Positions 21,519 to 30,521 of a stretch of 64,000 nucleotides of DNA are shown here, piece by piece. The notes under the pieces were generated by a model, which was not told the DNA's origin, did not search any database, and was given only the letters and a program-made list of their open reading frames with translations. This DNA comes from Coleofasciculus sp. B1-GNL1-01 (GTDB lineage Bacteria; Cyanobacteriota; Cyanobacteriia; Cyanobacteriales; Coleofasciculaceae), in assembly GCA_040220235.1 (NCBI GenBank), contig JAVJTO010000077.1; one strand, 5' to 3'. Both the position numbers and the translations under genes were made by a program. Numbering within the stretch: the first letter of the stretch is position 1; every line of letters starts with the position of its first letter.

Positions 21519-22307
21519 TTATTCAGCAGTCCCTAACTTAGTCCCACAAATTTTGCAAAACTGAGCATCAGAATCATGAAAAGGTAAACCACACCCGCCA
21601 CAGACTTTTTCCACTTGGTTAGCCGTTTTAAGTAAGTGCTTGACTAAATCGCCCAATTGCCAAGGAATCAAAGCAATGCCTGTCAAAATCATCAGCACTG
21701 TTAGTAATCGACCCCCTTCTGAAATTGGCGTGAGGTCACCAAATCCAACGGTGGTCATCGTTACTACAGCGAAATAGAAGGCATCTAAAAATGTCTTGAA
21801 TTTTTGAGGATTTATTCCATGTTCAACTTGATAAATTAATCCTGAGTAAACAAATATTATGGTAAACAATGTAAATAATATTCGAGCTAAGATAATGGCA
21901 TCTTGATTGCTAAGCCTAAAAACATAAATTTTTAGAGTAAGGAAGCGAATTAACCGTAAGATACGAAACCAACGGAAAATTAAAATAAATCGGATATCCG
22001 TCACGCCAATAAAGAAAGGCACGATCGCGATTAGATCGATAAGCGAAACCGGGCTAAAAAAGAAATTAACTTTAGAGTCAGCAACCCAAAAGCGTAGTAA
22101 ATACTCGGCAACAAAAATAATTAAGATAATTCGATCAATAATATCCAGACTTAGGCGAAGCAGCGACGGTATGGGATAAGTCTCGCACACGAAAATTGCT
22201 GAAGATAAGAGGATTAACCCCATAATCAGCAAATTAATCCGCCTACCCACAGGCGATTCAATATCTTCTACGTAAAGAGCAATAGTTTGTCGCAAATTAT
22301 CGGGCAT
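21519..22307 (-). CDS. Voltage-gated-type potassium channel / ion transporter
   Basis: S4-like FRWFRILRLIRF, TMTTVGFGD selectivity filter, C-terminal zinc ribbon. Confidence 0.9.
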   Translation of the reverse strand: MPDNLRQTIALYVEDIESPVGRRINLLIMGLILLSSAIFVCETYPIPSLLRLSLDIIDRIILIIFVAEYLLRFWVADSKVNFFFSPVSLIDLIAIVPFFIGVTDIRFILIFRWFRILRLIRFLTLKIYVFRLSNQDAIILARILFTLFTIIFVYSGLIYQVEHGINPQKFKTFLDAFYFAVVTMTTVGFGDLTPISEGGRLLTVLMILTGIALIPWQLGDLVKHLLKTANQVEKVCGGCGLPFHDSDAQFCKICGTKLGTAE

Positions 22308-22521
22308 TAATCTGGCACTAGCAAAGGAAAGTTAAAGACGAATGGCACTGACTTATAGGCTGGTGGGCAATGCCCACCCTACGGTAGATCAAGGGTTTTG
22401 GTGTTCCAAAAATGCTTATTTCAGTGCTATTTAACTTAAAGACTGGAGTTGAGGTATTTACCAAGATGCCCTCAATCAAACCCAACCGATTCAGCACTAA
22501 CTTAAATTGTAAGATAGACCA

Positions 22522-23199
22522 CTATCTGTATGAGGCTCGAATTGCGTCCGCCCGACAATCTCGCAACCAGAGCTGCACAGCTCGACCCATAATACCATTG
22601 CTACTCTCTCGCGGCGGCGTTGGTGGGCGTTCTGGTGAAGGTGAACCTAGGCGCGTAAACATCAGAGCCAAACGCCATCCACTATCGGTATTGGTTAAAA
22701 ATAGCCAGTGAAAACTCTCTCGTTCGATCGCACCTCCCTCGACATATTGGCGTTCGAGAGTGGTAAAAAACACTTGCTGTGGGGGTTCTACGTTTGCAGT
22801 CGTCACAGAATTATAGGAACCGGGACCCAGAGTCAGGGGTTGAAATTCCGCTCGCCCTGCCACAATGATATATAGATCGATGTCAATGTCCTCATTTACA
22901 GGTCGCGATCGCTGAATCACCCGATTCGCGTAGTCAGGTAAATCCCGCAGCATTAGAGACGTTAAAGTTTCTACATCTGAGGGACAAGTTGCCGATTGAG
23001 CTAGAAGTGTGGGTTTAGGAAGACAGGAGTGCAGGAGTGCAGGCGTACAGGGGAGGACTCTGAGCTTTGTTGGTTTCGTCTGCAGCGTTTGTGAGCCGAG
23101 GGTAAAATTGGGGTTAAATGCCCCACTATCCATCTGAAATCCCAGCCAACAGGCAACTGTTAAGCATTGGAGCAACTTAAGATTCATAAGGAGTGACAA
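22522..23199 (-). CDS. Hypothetical exported protein
   Basis: LRDLPDYANRVIQR...QVFFTTLERQY resembles a conserved cyanobacterial family; start uncertain. Confidence 0.65.
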   Translation of the reverse strand: MSLLMNLKLLQCLTVACWLGFQMDSGAFNPNFTLGSQTLQTKPTKLRVLPCTPALLHSCLPKPTLLAQSATCPSDVETLTSLMLRDLPDYANRVIQRSRPVNEDIDIDLYIIVAGRAEFQPLTLGPGSYNSVTTANVEPPQQVFFTTLERQYVEGGAIERESFHWLFLTNTDSGWRLALMFTRLGSPSPERPPTPPRESSNGIMGRAVQLWLRDCRADAIRASYR

Positions 23200-23304
23200 G
23201 AGACTTTGACAAGAAACTATTTCAACCCAAAAAATAGAATAGTGCGATCGCTAAACTATCAGGAAATTTACTAATAATTAAGCTACCCTAGGAGGATAAA
23301 AACA

Positions 23305-23532
23305 ATGAAAATTGACACAGACGGTAAAATTACTATTCCTCCAAACATTCAAAGCCAGCTTGGGTTTCGACCAGGAACAGAAGTTCAACTTGAAGTAGTA
23401 GGAAATACCTTACGCATTCGCAAGCCTCAAGGTTTCAGCCGAGGAAGACAAATGATTGCTGCCATTCGTGGTAAAGCAACGAACCGCCTGACAACTAACG
23501 ACATTATCCAACTAACTCGCGGAGACCGATGA
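23305..23532 (+). CDS. AbrB/MazE-type antitoxin
   Basis: GKITIP...LGFRPGTEV; AGGAGG SD; ATGA overlap with the PIN gene. Confidence 0.88.
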   Translation: MKIDTDGKITIPPNIQSQLGFRPGTEVQLEVVGNTLRIRKPQGFSRGRQMIAAIRGKATNRLTTNDIIQLTRGDR

Positions 23533-23933
23533 GCGAAATTCTGGTAGATAGCAATGTCGTCTTGGATATTCTCACCGAAGATCCTCAATGGTTTGACTGG
23601 TCATCGCAAATGCTAACTGACTACGCCAATCAGGGAGATTTGGTGATTAACCCGATCATTTACGCCGAAATATCGATTGGGTTTAATCAACCCGAAGAAG
23701 TAGAAGACGCTTTACCAGAAGATTTTTTTCGTCGAGACCCCTTACCCTATTCAGCCGCTTTCCTAGCAGGACAAAGCTTTTTGGCATATCGCCGACATGG
23801 AGGTGAACGGCGATCGCCACTTCCTGACTTTTATATCGGCGCTCATGCTGTCATAGCAAATATGCCTCTGCTTACCCGTGATGTCAATCGTTATCTTACA
23901 TATTTTCCATCCGTTCAACTCATTACACCATAG
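23529..23933 (+). CDS. vapC: VapC PIN-domain toxin
   Basis: ILVDSNVVLD, YAEIS, PDFYIGAHA, LLTRD. Confidence 0.9.
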   Translation: MSEILVDSNVVLDILTEDPQWFDWSSQMLTDYANQGDLVINPIIYAEISIGFNQPEEVEDALPEDFFRRDPLPYSAAFLAGQSFLAYRRHGGERRSPLPDFYIGAHAVIANMPLLTRDVNRYLTYFPSVQLITP

Positions 23934-23972
23934 GTATCTAGCTGATGATTATAACTATATCAGCGCTAAGCG

Positions 23973-24707
23973 CTATAACTCCTCACAAATTCTTTCCCAC
24001 GCTGCAACGGGGTCAGGCGCAGCCGTGATCGGGCGTCCAATTACCAGGTAATCAGCCCCCGCTTTCAGAGCATCTGCTGGCGTCATCGATCGCCGTTGAT
24101 CGCCCTGTTCCGACCAACTGGGACGGACGCCGGGACAAACCAAGAGAAAGTCATCGCCACACACTTGTCGAATCTGGGACACTTCTTGGGGCGAACAAAC
24201 TGCGCCATTTAATCCAGCTTCCTGCGCTAAAAGTGCCATCTGTAGGGCGTATTCGGGTAACTCAATCGGAACTTTTAAATCAAAGGCTAAATCTCGTGAG
24301 TTCAAACTGGTGAGTAGGGAAATAGCAATTAACTTCGGGGGTGAACAAGCGGCGGCTTCTGCTCCTTCCTTCGCTGCTGCTACCGCTCCTTTGAGTGCCA
24401 TGCGACCTGCTACGGCATGAATTGTCAATAAATCTACCCCGTATCGAGCAGCTGCCCGTGTTGCCCCAGCTACCGTATTGGGAATATCGTGAAACTTGAG
24501 ATCTAAAAATATCCGTCTTTGCCGATCTTTGAGAACCTGAAGAATCGCGGGTCCACTACTGACAAATAGCTCCAGTCCGACTTTCCAGAACCTCACCTGC
24601 GGTAATTGTTCCACGAGGGCGATCGCTTGGGCTTCGGTTGGTACATCTAAGGGGACGATAATCCGCTCTGCTACTGACATGGAAAATGCTTGTTGATAAG
24701 TAGCCAC
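23973..24707 (-). CDS. pyrF: Orotidine-5'-phosphate decarboxylase
   Basis: [24 protein letters not shown]. Confidence 0.96.
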   Translation of the reverse strand: MATYQQAFSMSVAERIIVPLDVPTEAQAIALVEQLPQVRFWKVGLELFVSSGPAILQVLKDRQRRIFLDLKFHDIPNTVAGATRAAARYGVDLLTIHAVAGRMALKGAVAAAKEGAEAAACSPPKLIAISLLTSLNSRDLAFDLKVPIELPEYALQMALLAQEAGLNGAVCSPQEVSQIRQVCGDDFLLVCPGVRPSWSEQGDQRRSMTPADALKAGADYLVIGRPITAAPDPVAAWERICEEL

Positions 24708-24894
24708 AGATTATCCCATTTTTCTTTAACCGCGCAACTTATGCAATCCCAGAAGGCGTTCTGATACTCAATTTGGGTTGACCTCGCCCCTACACTTGAA
24801 TAAGGGCGGGTTTAGTCAAGTTATTGGTTTTTGTCAAAGGTTATCTGTAAAACCCGCCCCTACAATTTACATTTCTCAAACCTATAGAAAGTTT

Positions 24895-24924
24895 AAGGGG
24901 AAAGAAATTTCTTTCCCCTTTTTT
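24895..24924. terminator. Palindromic hairpin with a T-tract on the + strand
   Basis: AAGGGGAAAGAAATTTCTTTCCCCTTTTTT. Confidence 0.6.
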
Positions 24925-25142
24925 GGTAGTTATATGCGTGAAGTGTCTCTCCCTAATAGGGAAAAGACTTCTCCCGACCCACAGGCATATAGCCTGTTTT
25001 GTACGAAACTATTGAGGAACGATACTCAGTTCCGAGGCACCGCTTTACAGGAATCCGACTCCCTCGGACGTTCGTTCTTTTCTCAGTATAGCAAAGCTAG
25101 TTGTATCTATGCTTTTTGCTGTTCTTTCTATGTTTTTTAGCG

Positions 25143-25235
25143 CTAAGTAATGGCTCTGCCTTCTGCATAGATGCTAGATAAAAAAGCCATTCCTAGAAAA
25201 ACCCATAGCAGTATTAGCGGCAATAATGGTGACAT
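25143..25235 (-). CDS. Candidate 30-aa hydrophobic peptide (not in ORF track)
   Basis: MSPLLPLILLWVFLGMAFLSSIYAEGRAIT*; AGGAGGT SD and TGGTATTAT extended -10-like element upstream. Confidence 0.55.
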   Translation of the reverse strand: MSPLLPLILLWVFLGMAFLSSIYAEGRAIT

Positions 25236-25399
25236 GAGCGAACCTCCTCTGGAACACACAGTCTGATTATCTTTATAATACCACTTGCCCCACGGATTTC
25301 ATTGACAAATTTGTCAATTTGCGCTAATTCCCAGCTTCTCCTGATCCCCCTGCTTGCACGCCCGGTAGTCAAAAACTTTTGCTGACATGCACTAGCTGC

Positions 25400-26593
25400 T
25401 TAGGATGTCAACCGTACAGATTTCTTTTTCCCCACCTGTAACACCTTACCCGCTAAAGCTTCTGGGGAATCAAAAGTGCAGTCTACATCTGTAATGCGAT
25501 CGCCCTCTAGTTTCACACCGCCACCTTTAATCTGTCGCCGCCCTTCGCCACTACTACTACACAACCCACTGGCATTAAGGATATAAAACAACTTGGCGGG
25601 AAACTCGACTTGGGAGAGGGAAAATTCCGGGATAGCCCCCCCACCTTTTGCCTCATCTGCTTCCTTTTGACCGTGATATTGGGTGACAATTGTCCAAGCC
25701 AGGAGTTGTTGGCGATCGCGAGGATTGATTGGCAGTTCCTCTAAGGGTAAGTCGGTGAGTAGCTCAAAATAGTCCTCTAACAGATTATCTTTCGTCCCTT
25801 CCAGCTTCTGATACATGGGTTGAGCCGCTTCCCGCAATCCCACATAATTGTTCAGGGACTTCGACATTTTCAGCACGCCATCTGTACCAATTAAAATCGG
25901 CAGAAGCAGTCCAAACTGGGGGGGTTGACCAAAATGCCGCTGTAAGTCTCGCCCCACCGCAATATTAAATTTTTGATCCGTTCCGCCTAACTCCACATCT
26001 GCCTGAACTGCCACCGAATCATACCCTTGCATCAAGGGATAGAGAAACTCATGCAGGTAAATGGGGTTTTCCTGTTTAAATCGTTCCGCAAACCCCTCCT
26101 TCGCTAGCATCTGCCCCACCGTCATCGTGGCTAACAAATCGAGAATCTCTGCCAAATCCAACTTACTTAGCCATTCCGAGTTATAGCGAATTTCCAGGCG
26201 TCCGGGTGTTTCAAAATCTAAAATCGGACGCACCTGATCCAAGTAGGTGTGGGCATTTTGCTGCACCTGTTCGTCAGAAAGATGCTTCCGTACTTCCGAT
26301 TTACCACTTGGATCACCGATTCTTGCGGTAAAATCGCCAATAATTAGGACAGCCGTATGACCCGCATTCTGAAACGCCCGTAATTTCCGTACAGGAATAC
26401 TATGACCCAAGTGGATATCTGTCCCCGTCGGGTCAATTCCCAACTTGATCCGCAAGGGACGTTCAGTTTGGAGAATCCGTTGCTCTAGGTTCTCACTCGG
26501 GTCTTGAGAATCCGGTTGGTTGGGAAAAATGTCACTAACACCTCGGTATAACCAAGATAATGACTGAGACATTGTGTTTAAAGAATTTGACAT
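25400..26593 (-). CDS. tyrS: Tyrosine--tRNA ligase
   Basis: GIDPTG, HLGH, GGTDQ, KMSKS, C-terminal S4 domain. Confidence 0.97.
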   Translation of the reverse strand: MSNSLNTMSQSLSWLYRGVSDIFPNQPDSQDPSENLEQRILQTERPLRIKLGIDPTGTDIHLGHSIPVRKLRAFQNAGHTAVLIIGDFTARIGDPSGKSEVRKHLSDEQVQQNAHTYLDQVRPILDFETPGRLEIRYNSEWLSKLDLAEILDLLATMTVGQMLAKEGFAERFKQENPIYLHEFLYPLMQGYDSVAVQADVELGGTDQKFNIAVGRDLQRHFGQPPQFGLLLPILIGTDGVLKMSKSLNNYVGLREAAQPMYQKLEGTKDNLLEDYFELLTDLPLEELPINPRDRQQLLAWTIVTQYHGQKEADEAKGGGAIPEFSLSQVEFPAKLFYILNASGLCSSSGEGRRQIKGGGVKLEGDRITDVDCTFDSPEALAGKVLQVGKKKSVRLTS

Positions 26594-26654
26594 TCGTCTG
26601 GGAAATCTTTCAAGATTAACGTGCAGGAGAATGGCAGATGTTTAACTGCTGAGG

Positions 26655-28084
26655 GGTTTGGGGAGCGATAAGTCCCACGATTAGCGTTGGGATGCTTCGA
26701 CAAGCTCAGCAACACCATGGATTCCCCAAGTCAATTGAGTGGGATTCAATATCCCCGAAATTGACATTTACCACTTCAATGATAATGTGGTAGAACCTAC
26801 CTATGATTCTAAACCACACCTACCGCCTATATCCTGATAACCAACAAGCCCAACTTCTAGATGAGTGGTTGGAAACATTGCGGGTGTCCTACAACTATGC
26901 GTTGCGGGAAATCAAAGACTGGATTGCTTCTCGCAAGTGTCCAATGGATAGGTGTAGTTTGGAGTTTGAGTATATCATGAGTGCCGATTATCCCTTTCCT
27001 AGCTACCACCAACAACAAAACAATCTACCTAAAGCTAAGAAGGAATTTCCACGACTCAAATCTGTTCCCTCCCAAGTCTTGCAGACTAACATTAGAAGGT
27101 TACATGATGCTTGGGACTTCTTTAGGGAGAGGGGTTATGGATTCCCCCGCTTCAAGAAAGTGGGACAAATGAAGTCGATGTTATTCCCACAATTCAAGAC
27201 CAACCCAGTTACAGGTTGGCACATCCAACTGCCCAAATTAGGGAAAGTGGAAATCAACTTGCATCGACCTATCCCTGACGGATTTGTGGTTAGGCAAGTA
27301 CGGGTAGTCAAAAAGGCAATGGGATGGTTTGCAGTAATTACTCTGTACTCAGATCTGGAAATTCCAGATCCTTCACCTCATGGTCACGCCATTGGGGTAG
27401 ATGTGGGTTTGCTTTCCTATCTGGCGACCAGTGATGGATTTGTCGAACCTGGACGTAAATTCTTCAAAACCGAACAAAGGCGGCTGAAAGTGCTACAGCG
27501 TCGGTTAGCGAAGAAAAAAAAGCGTTCCAAGAATTACGAGAAAGCCAGGAAGAAGGTAGAGAAGCAGCACAATCACATCGCACTCCAGCGGAAGGATTAC
27601 CAGTATAAACTTGCCCATAAGCTTTGTGACATGGCGGATACTATATTTGTTGAAGACATAGATTTCCGAATCATGGCAAAGGGTTTTCTGGGTAAGCAGA
27701 CGATTGATGCTGGTTTTGGGCAGTTTCGCTCTATCCTTAAGTGGGTCGGTAAGAAGCGAGGAGTATTTGTGGGCGAAGTAGATTGCCGAGGTACTTCCCA
27801 GACTTGCCCGAATTGCCGAATCACGGTCAGGAAAGAACTCTCTGAGAGAATACATTCTTGTCCTGAATGCAAATACGAGGTAGATCGGGACATTGCTTCA
27901 GCTCAAGAAATCTGTAATCGAGGTATAGAAACGTATCCAGGGACTCTGGAAAAGCAAGAAATTGGCTCTCAAGTTGAGGTGTCGGGGGCTATGTGCCTAG
28001 ATAACTGGCGTAGGGGAGCAATGCCCAATCGTGAGGTTGGGAAGCCCACAGCCTAATCTCCGATTTGGTGTGGGAGGATGTCAC
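26655..28084 (+). mobile_element. Non-autonomous (tnpA-less) IS200/IS605 element; left boundary approximate
   Basis: Hairpins CCCA(C)..TGGG before tnpB and CCCACA...TGTGGG then GATGTCAC after it; no tnpA nearby. Confidence 0.7.
26803..28056 (+). CDS. tnpB: IS200/IS605 family RNA-guided endonuclease TnpB
   Basis: N-terminal YRLYP HTH, RuvC residues in GVDVG, VED and DRD, CPNC/CPEC zinc finger. Confidence 0.93.
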   Translation: MILNHTYRLYPDNQQAQLLDEWLETLRVSYNYALREIKDWIASRKCPMDRCSLEFEYIMSADYPFPSYHQQQNNLPKAKKEFPRLKSVPSQVLQTNIRRLHDAWDFFRERGYGFPRFKKVGQMKSMLFPQFKTNPVTGWHIQLPKLGKVEINLHRPIPDGFVVRQVRVVKKAMGWFAVITLYSDLEIPDPSPHGHAIGVDVGLLSYLATSDGFVEPGRKFFKTEQRRLKVLQRRLAKKKKRSKNYEKARKKVEKQHNHIALQRKDYQYKLAHKLCDMADTIFVEDIDFRIMAKGFLGKQTIDAGFGQFRSILKWVGKKRGVFVGEVDCRGTSQTCPNCRITVRKELSERIHSCPECKYEVDRDIASAQEICNRGIETYPGTLEKQEIGSQVEVSGAMCLDNWRRGAMPNREVGKPTA

Positions 28085-28402
28085 GATTTACCGTTTTTTA
28101 TGCCAATCCAGAACGGCAATGTTACCATTTTTGCAGCCAAAAGCCAAAATATTTCGGTTTGTTATCATGAACGATTATCTCAGGCTTAATATTAAGATCT
28201 AAGGGAGAACCCGTCCACTGATTCAACGCTGGGAGCAACGTCTACAGGGGTCAAGAATCGCCCAAACCGAATTGATCGCTAATCCTGACTTTGCCATAAA
28301 TTTCTGTAATCATCTATAGAAGGTATAGAACGTATCCCCCCTAAGGTTGCCTCCCACACAGCCATTCAGTATTTTTTTCTTGAGTGAGGAAGTGAAATCA
28401 CA

Positions 28403-30325
28403 GTGTCGTCTAGTACCATCCAACAAAAACAACAAAGAGATAGTAAAAACGGATTGCCACCCGCTTTCCGATTCGTGCAAGGAGTCGCTCAGGTAACAGG
28501 CGGAACCATTCTCGGCATTACAATGCTAACTAGCTCGGTTGTGGCTGGTGGGCTGGTGGGCTTGGCGACAAGCTTCCGCAATCTTCCCGATGTGAGAGTC
28601 CTCAGGGGCTATGTTCCCACCGAAACGACCTACGTCTACGATGTCAAGGGGAAGCACCTGGCTAGCCTGCATGGTGAAGCCAACCGAGAGGTGGTTAAGT
28701 TAGAAAACATTAACCCCAATCTCAAGCGAGCAGTGATTGCCATGGAAGATAGCCACTTCTATATCCACCATGGCGTTAACCCCAACAGTGTGGGTCGAGC
28801 CTTTTTAGCCAACTGGGAGAAGGGGGCTGTGGTTGAAGGCGGTTCTACCTTGACTATGCAGCTGGTGAAAAACTTGTTTCTGTCGCGGGAGAAAAAGTTC
28901 TCGCGTAAAATTGCCGAGGCAGTCATGGCAATTCGGCTGGAGCAAATCTTCACCAAAGATCAGATATTGGAAATGTATCTGAATCAGATCTATTGGGGTC
29001 ATAACAATTATGGCATTCAAACAGCCTCGGAGAGCTACTTTGCCAAGCCCGCCACCGACTTAACCTTGGCAGAATCAGCCATGCTGGCTGGATTGATTCA
29101 GTCTCCCGAAGAATATAGCCCTTTTGTCAACTATCCCTTAGCCAAACAGCGGCAAGCAATTGTCCTGGAACGGATGCGGGAACTGGGATGGATTACAACT
29201 CAAGAGAAAAAAGAGGCATTAGCTCAACCATTGGGCGTGGGTAAGCCCACTTCCTGGCAAACCAGCCAGCTTCCCTACATCACAGAAGCCGTTGTCGCGG
29301 AGTTGAATGAGCGATTTGGTCGCGATGCGGTTCTCAAAGGCGGGATGCGCGTCCAAACCACGGTGGATTACAATTTCCAGCGCATGGCGGAAAACACCAT
29401 CGCTCGCGCTCACCGGAACTTGCGCCGTCGAGGGCTATATGCTGACCAAGTCGCACTAGCAGCGGTTGATCCGCGCACCCATTATGTCAAAGCTTTGGTG
29501 GGGGGTATCGGTTACGAAAAGAGCCAGTTCAACCGAGCGATTCAATCCCGACGCCAACCTGGTTCAGCGTTTAAACCCTTTGTTTACTACACAGCTTTTG
29601 CCAGTGGTAAATATACGCCTTATTCTACGGTTATGGATACCCCAGTCAGTTACCGGGATGGGAGTGGTTGGTATTCGCCGAGAAACTATGGCGGCGGTTT
29701 CGGTGGGGCGATGAGTATTCGTAGTGCGTTGGTGCAGTCACGAAATGTGCCAGCGGTTAAGCTGGGCAGAGCCGTTGGTTTAGATAAAGTGATTGAAGTA
29801 TGCCGCACCCTAGGGATAAAAAGCCCCATGGAACCCGTCACCTCCTTACCCCTGGGTGCGATTGGGGTGACACCGTTGGAAATGGCGGGGGCTTATGCCA
29901 CGTTTGCTAATACAGGTTGGCATTCTGATCCGACGATCATTGTCCGGGTAACCGATAGTATGGGCAATGTGTTATTAGACAATACCCCGAAACCCCGTCT
30001 CGTGCTTGATCCCTGGGCAACGGCTTCACTGAATGCGGTTCTCCAAGGGGTGATTCAAGGTGGAACCGGAACCTCTGCTCAAATTGGACGCCCAGCGGCT
30101 GGAAAGACAGGAACAACCAGTTCAGAACGGGATGTCTGGTTCGTCGGATATGTGCCACAATTAGCGGCGGCGGTGTGGATTGGTAATGATAACTACAGAC
30201 CGTTAGGCGGTGGGGCGACAGGGGGCGGATTTGCAGCACCGATTTGGCGAGACTTTATGAGTCAGGCGTTGAAGGGTGAGCAAGTGCGCTACTTTGAACC
30301 TGCGTCTAAGTATCCGCGTCCTTAG
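28403..30325 (+). CDS. Class A penicillin-binding protein (transglycosylase/transpeptidase)
   Basis: EDSHFY.HHG, GGSTLTMQ, RKIAE, SAFK, SRN, KTG motifs. Confidence 0.94.
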   Translation: MSSSTIQQKQQRDSKNGLPPAFRFVQGVAQVTGGTILGITMLTSSVVAGGLVGLATSFRNLPDVRVLRGYVPTETTYVYDVKGKHLASLHGEANREVVKLENINPNLKRAVIAMEDSHFYIHHGVNPNSVGRAFLANWEKGAVVEGGSTLTMQLVKNLFLSREKKFSRKIAEAVMAIRLEQIFTKDQILEMYLNQIYWGHNNYGIQTASESYFAKPATDLTLAESAMLAGLIQSPEEYSPFVNYPLAKQRQAIVLERMRELGWITTQEKKEALAQPLGVGKPTSWQTSQLPYITEAVVAELNERFGRDAVLKGGMRVQTTVDYNFQRMAENTIARAHRNLRRRGLYADQVALAAVDPRTHYVKALVGGIGYEKSQFNRAIQSRRQPGSAFKPFVYYTAFASGKYTPYSTVMDTPVSYRDGSGWYSPRNYGGGFGGAMSIRSALVQSRNVPAVKLGRAVGLDKVIEVCRTLGIKSPMEPVTSLPLGAIGVTPLEMAGAYATFANTGWHSDPTIIVRVTDSMGNVLLDNTPKPRLVLDPWATASLNAVLQGVIQGGTGTSAQIGRPAAGKTGTTSSERDVWFVGYVPQLAAAVWIGNDNYRPLGGGATGGGFAAPIWRDFMSQALKGEQVRYFEPASKYPRP

Positions 30326-30521
30326 TCATTTGTCATTGGTCATTTGTCCTTTGTCATCTGCCCTTAGAATTATTGGACTCCGTTGGGGCGGGTTTAGTAA
30401 CATCTGGGTGAACATTAAATGTTAATGGTAAAACCCGCCCCTACAACAGACATTCCACCGGAACGTCTCTACAACCCCATCTCCCTTGTAGGATCAAGGA
30501 AATCTCAGTAACAAATGTCCC

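Noticed and set aside
26803..28056. Cas12f/Cas12k or nuclease-dead TldR
   Set aside because: No CRISPR array or tns genes, the catalytic residues are intact, and IS-type end hairpins are present
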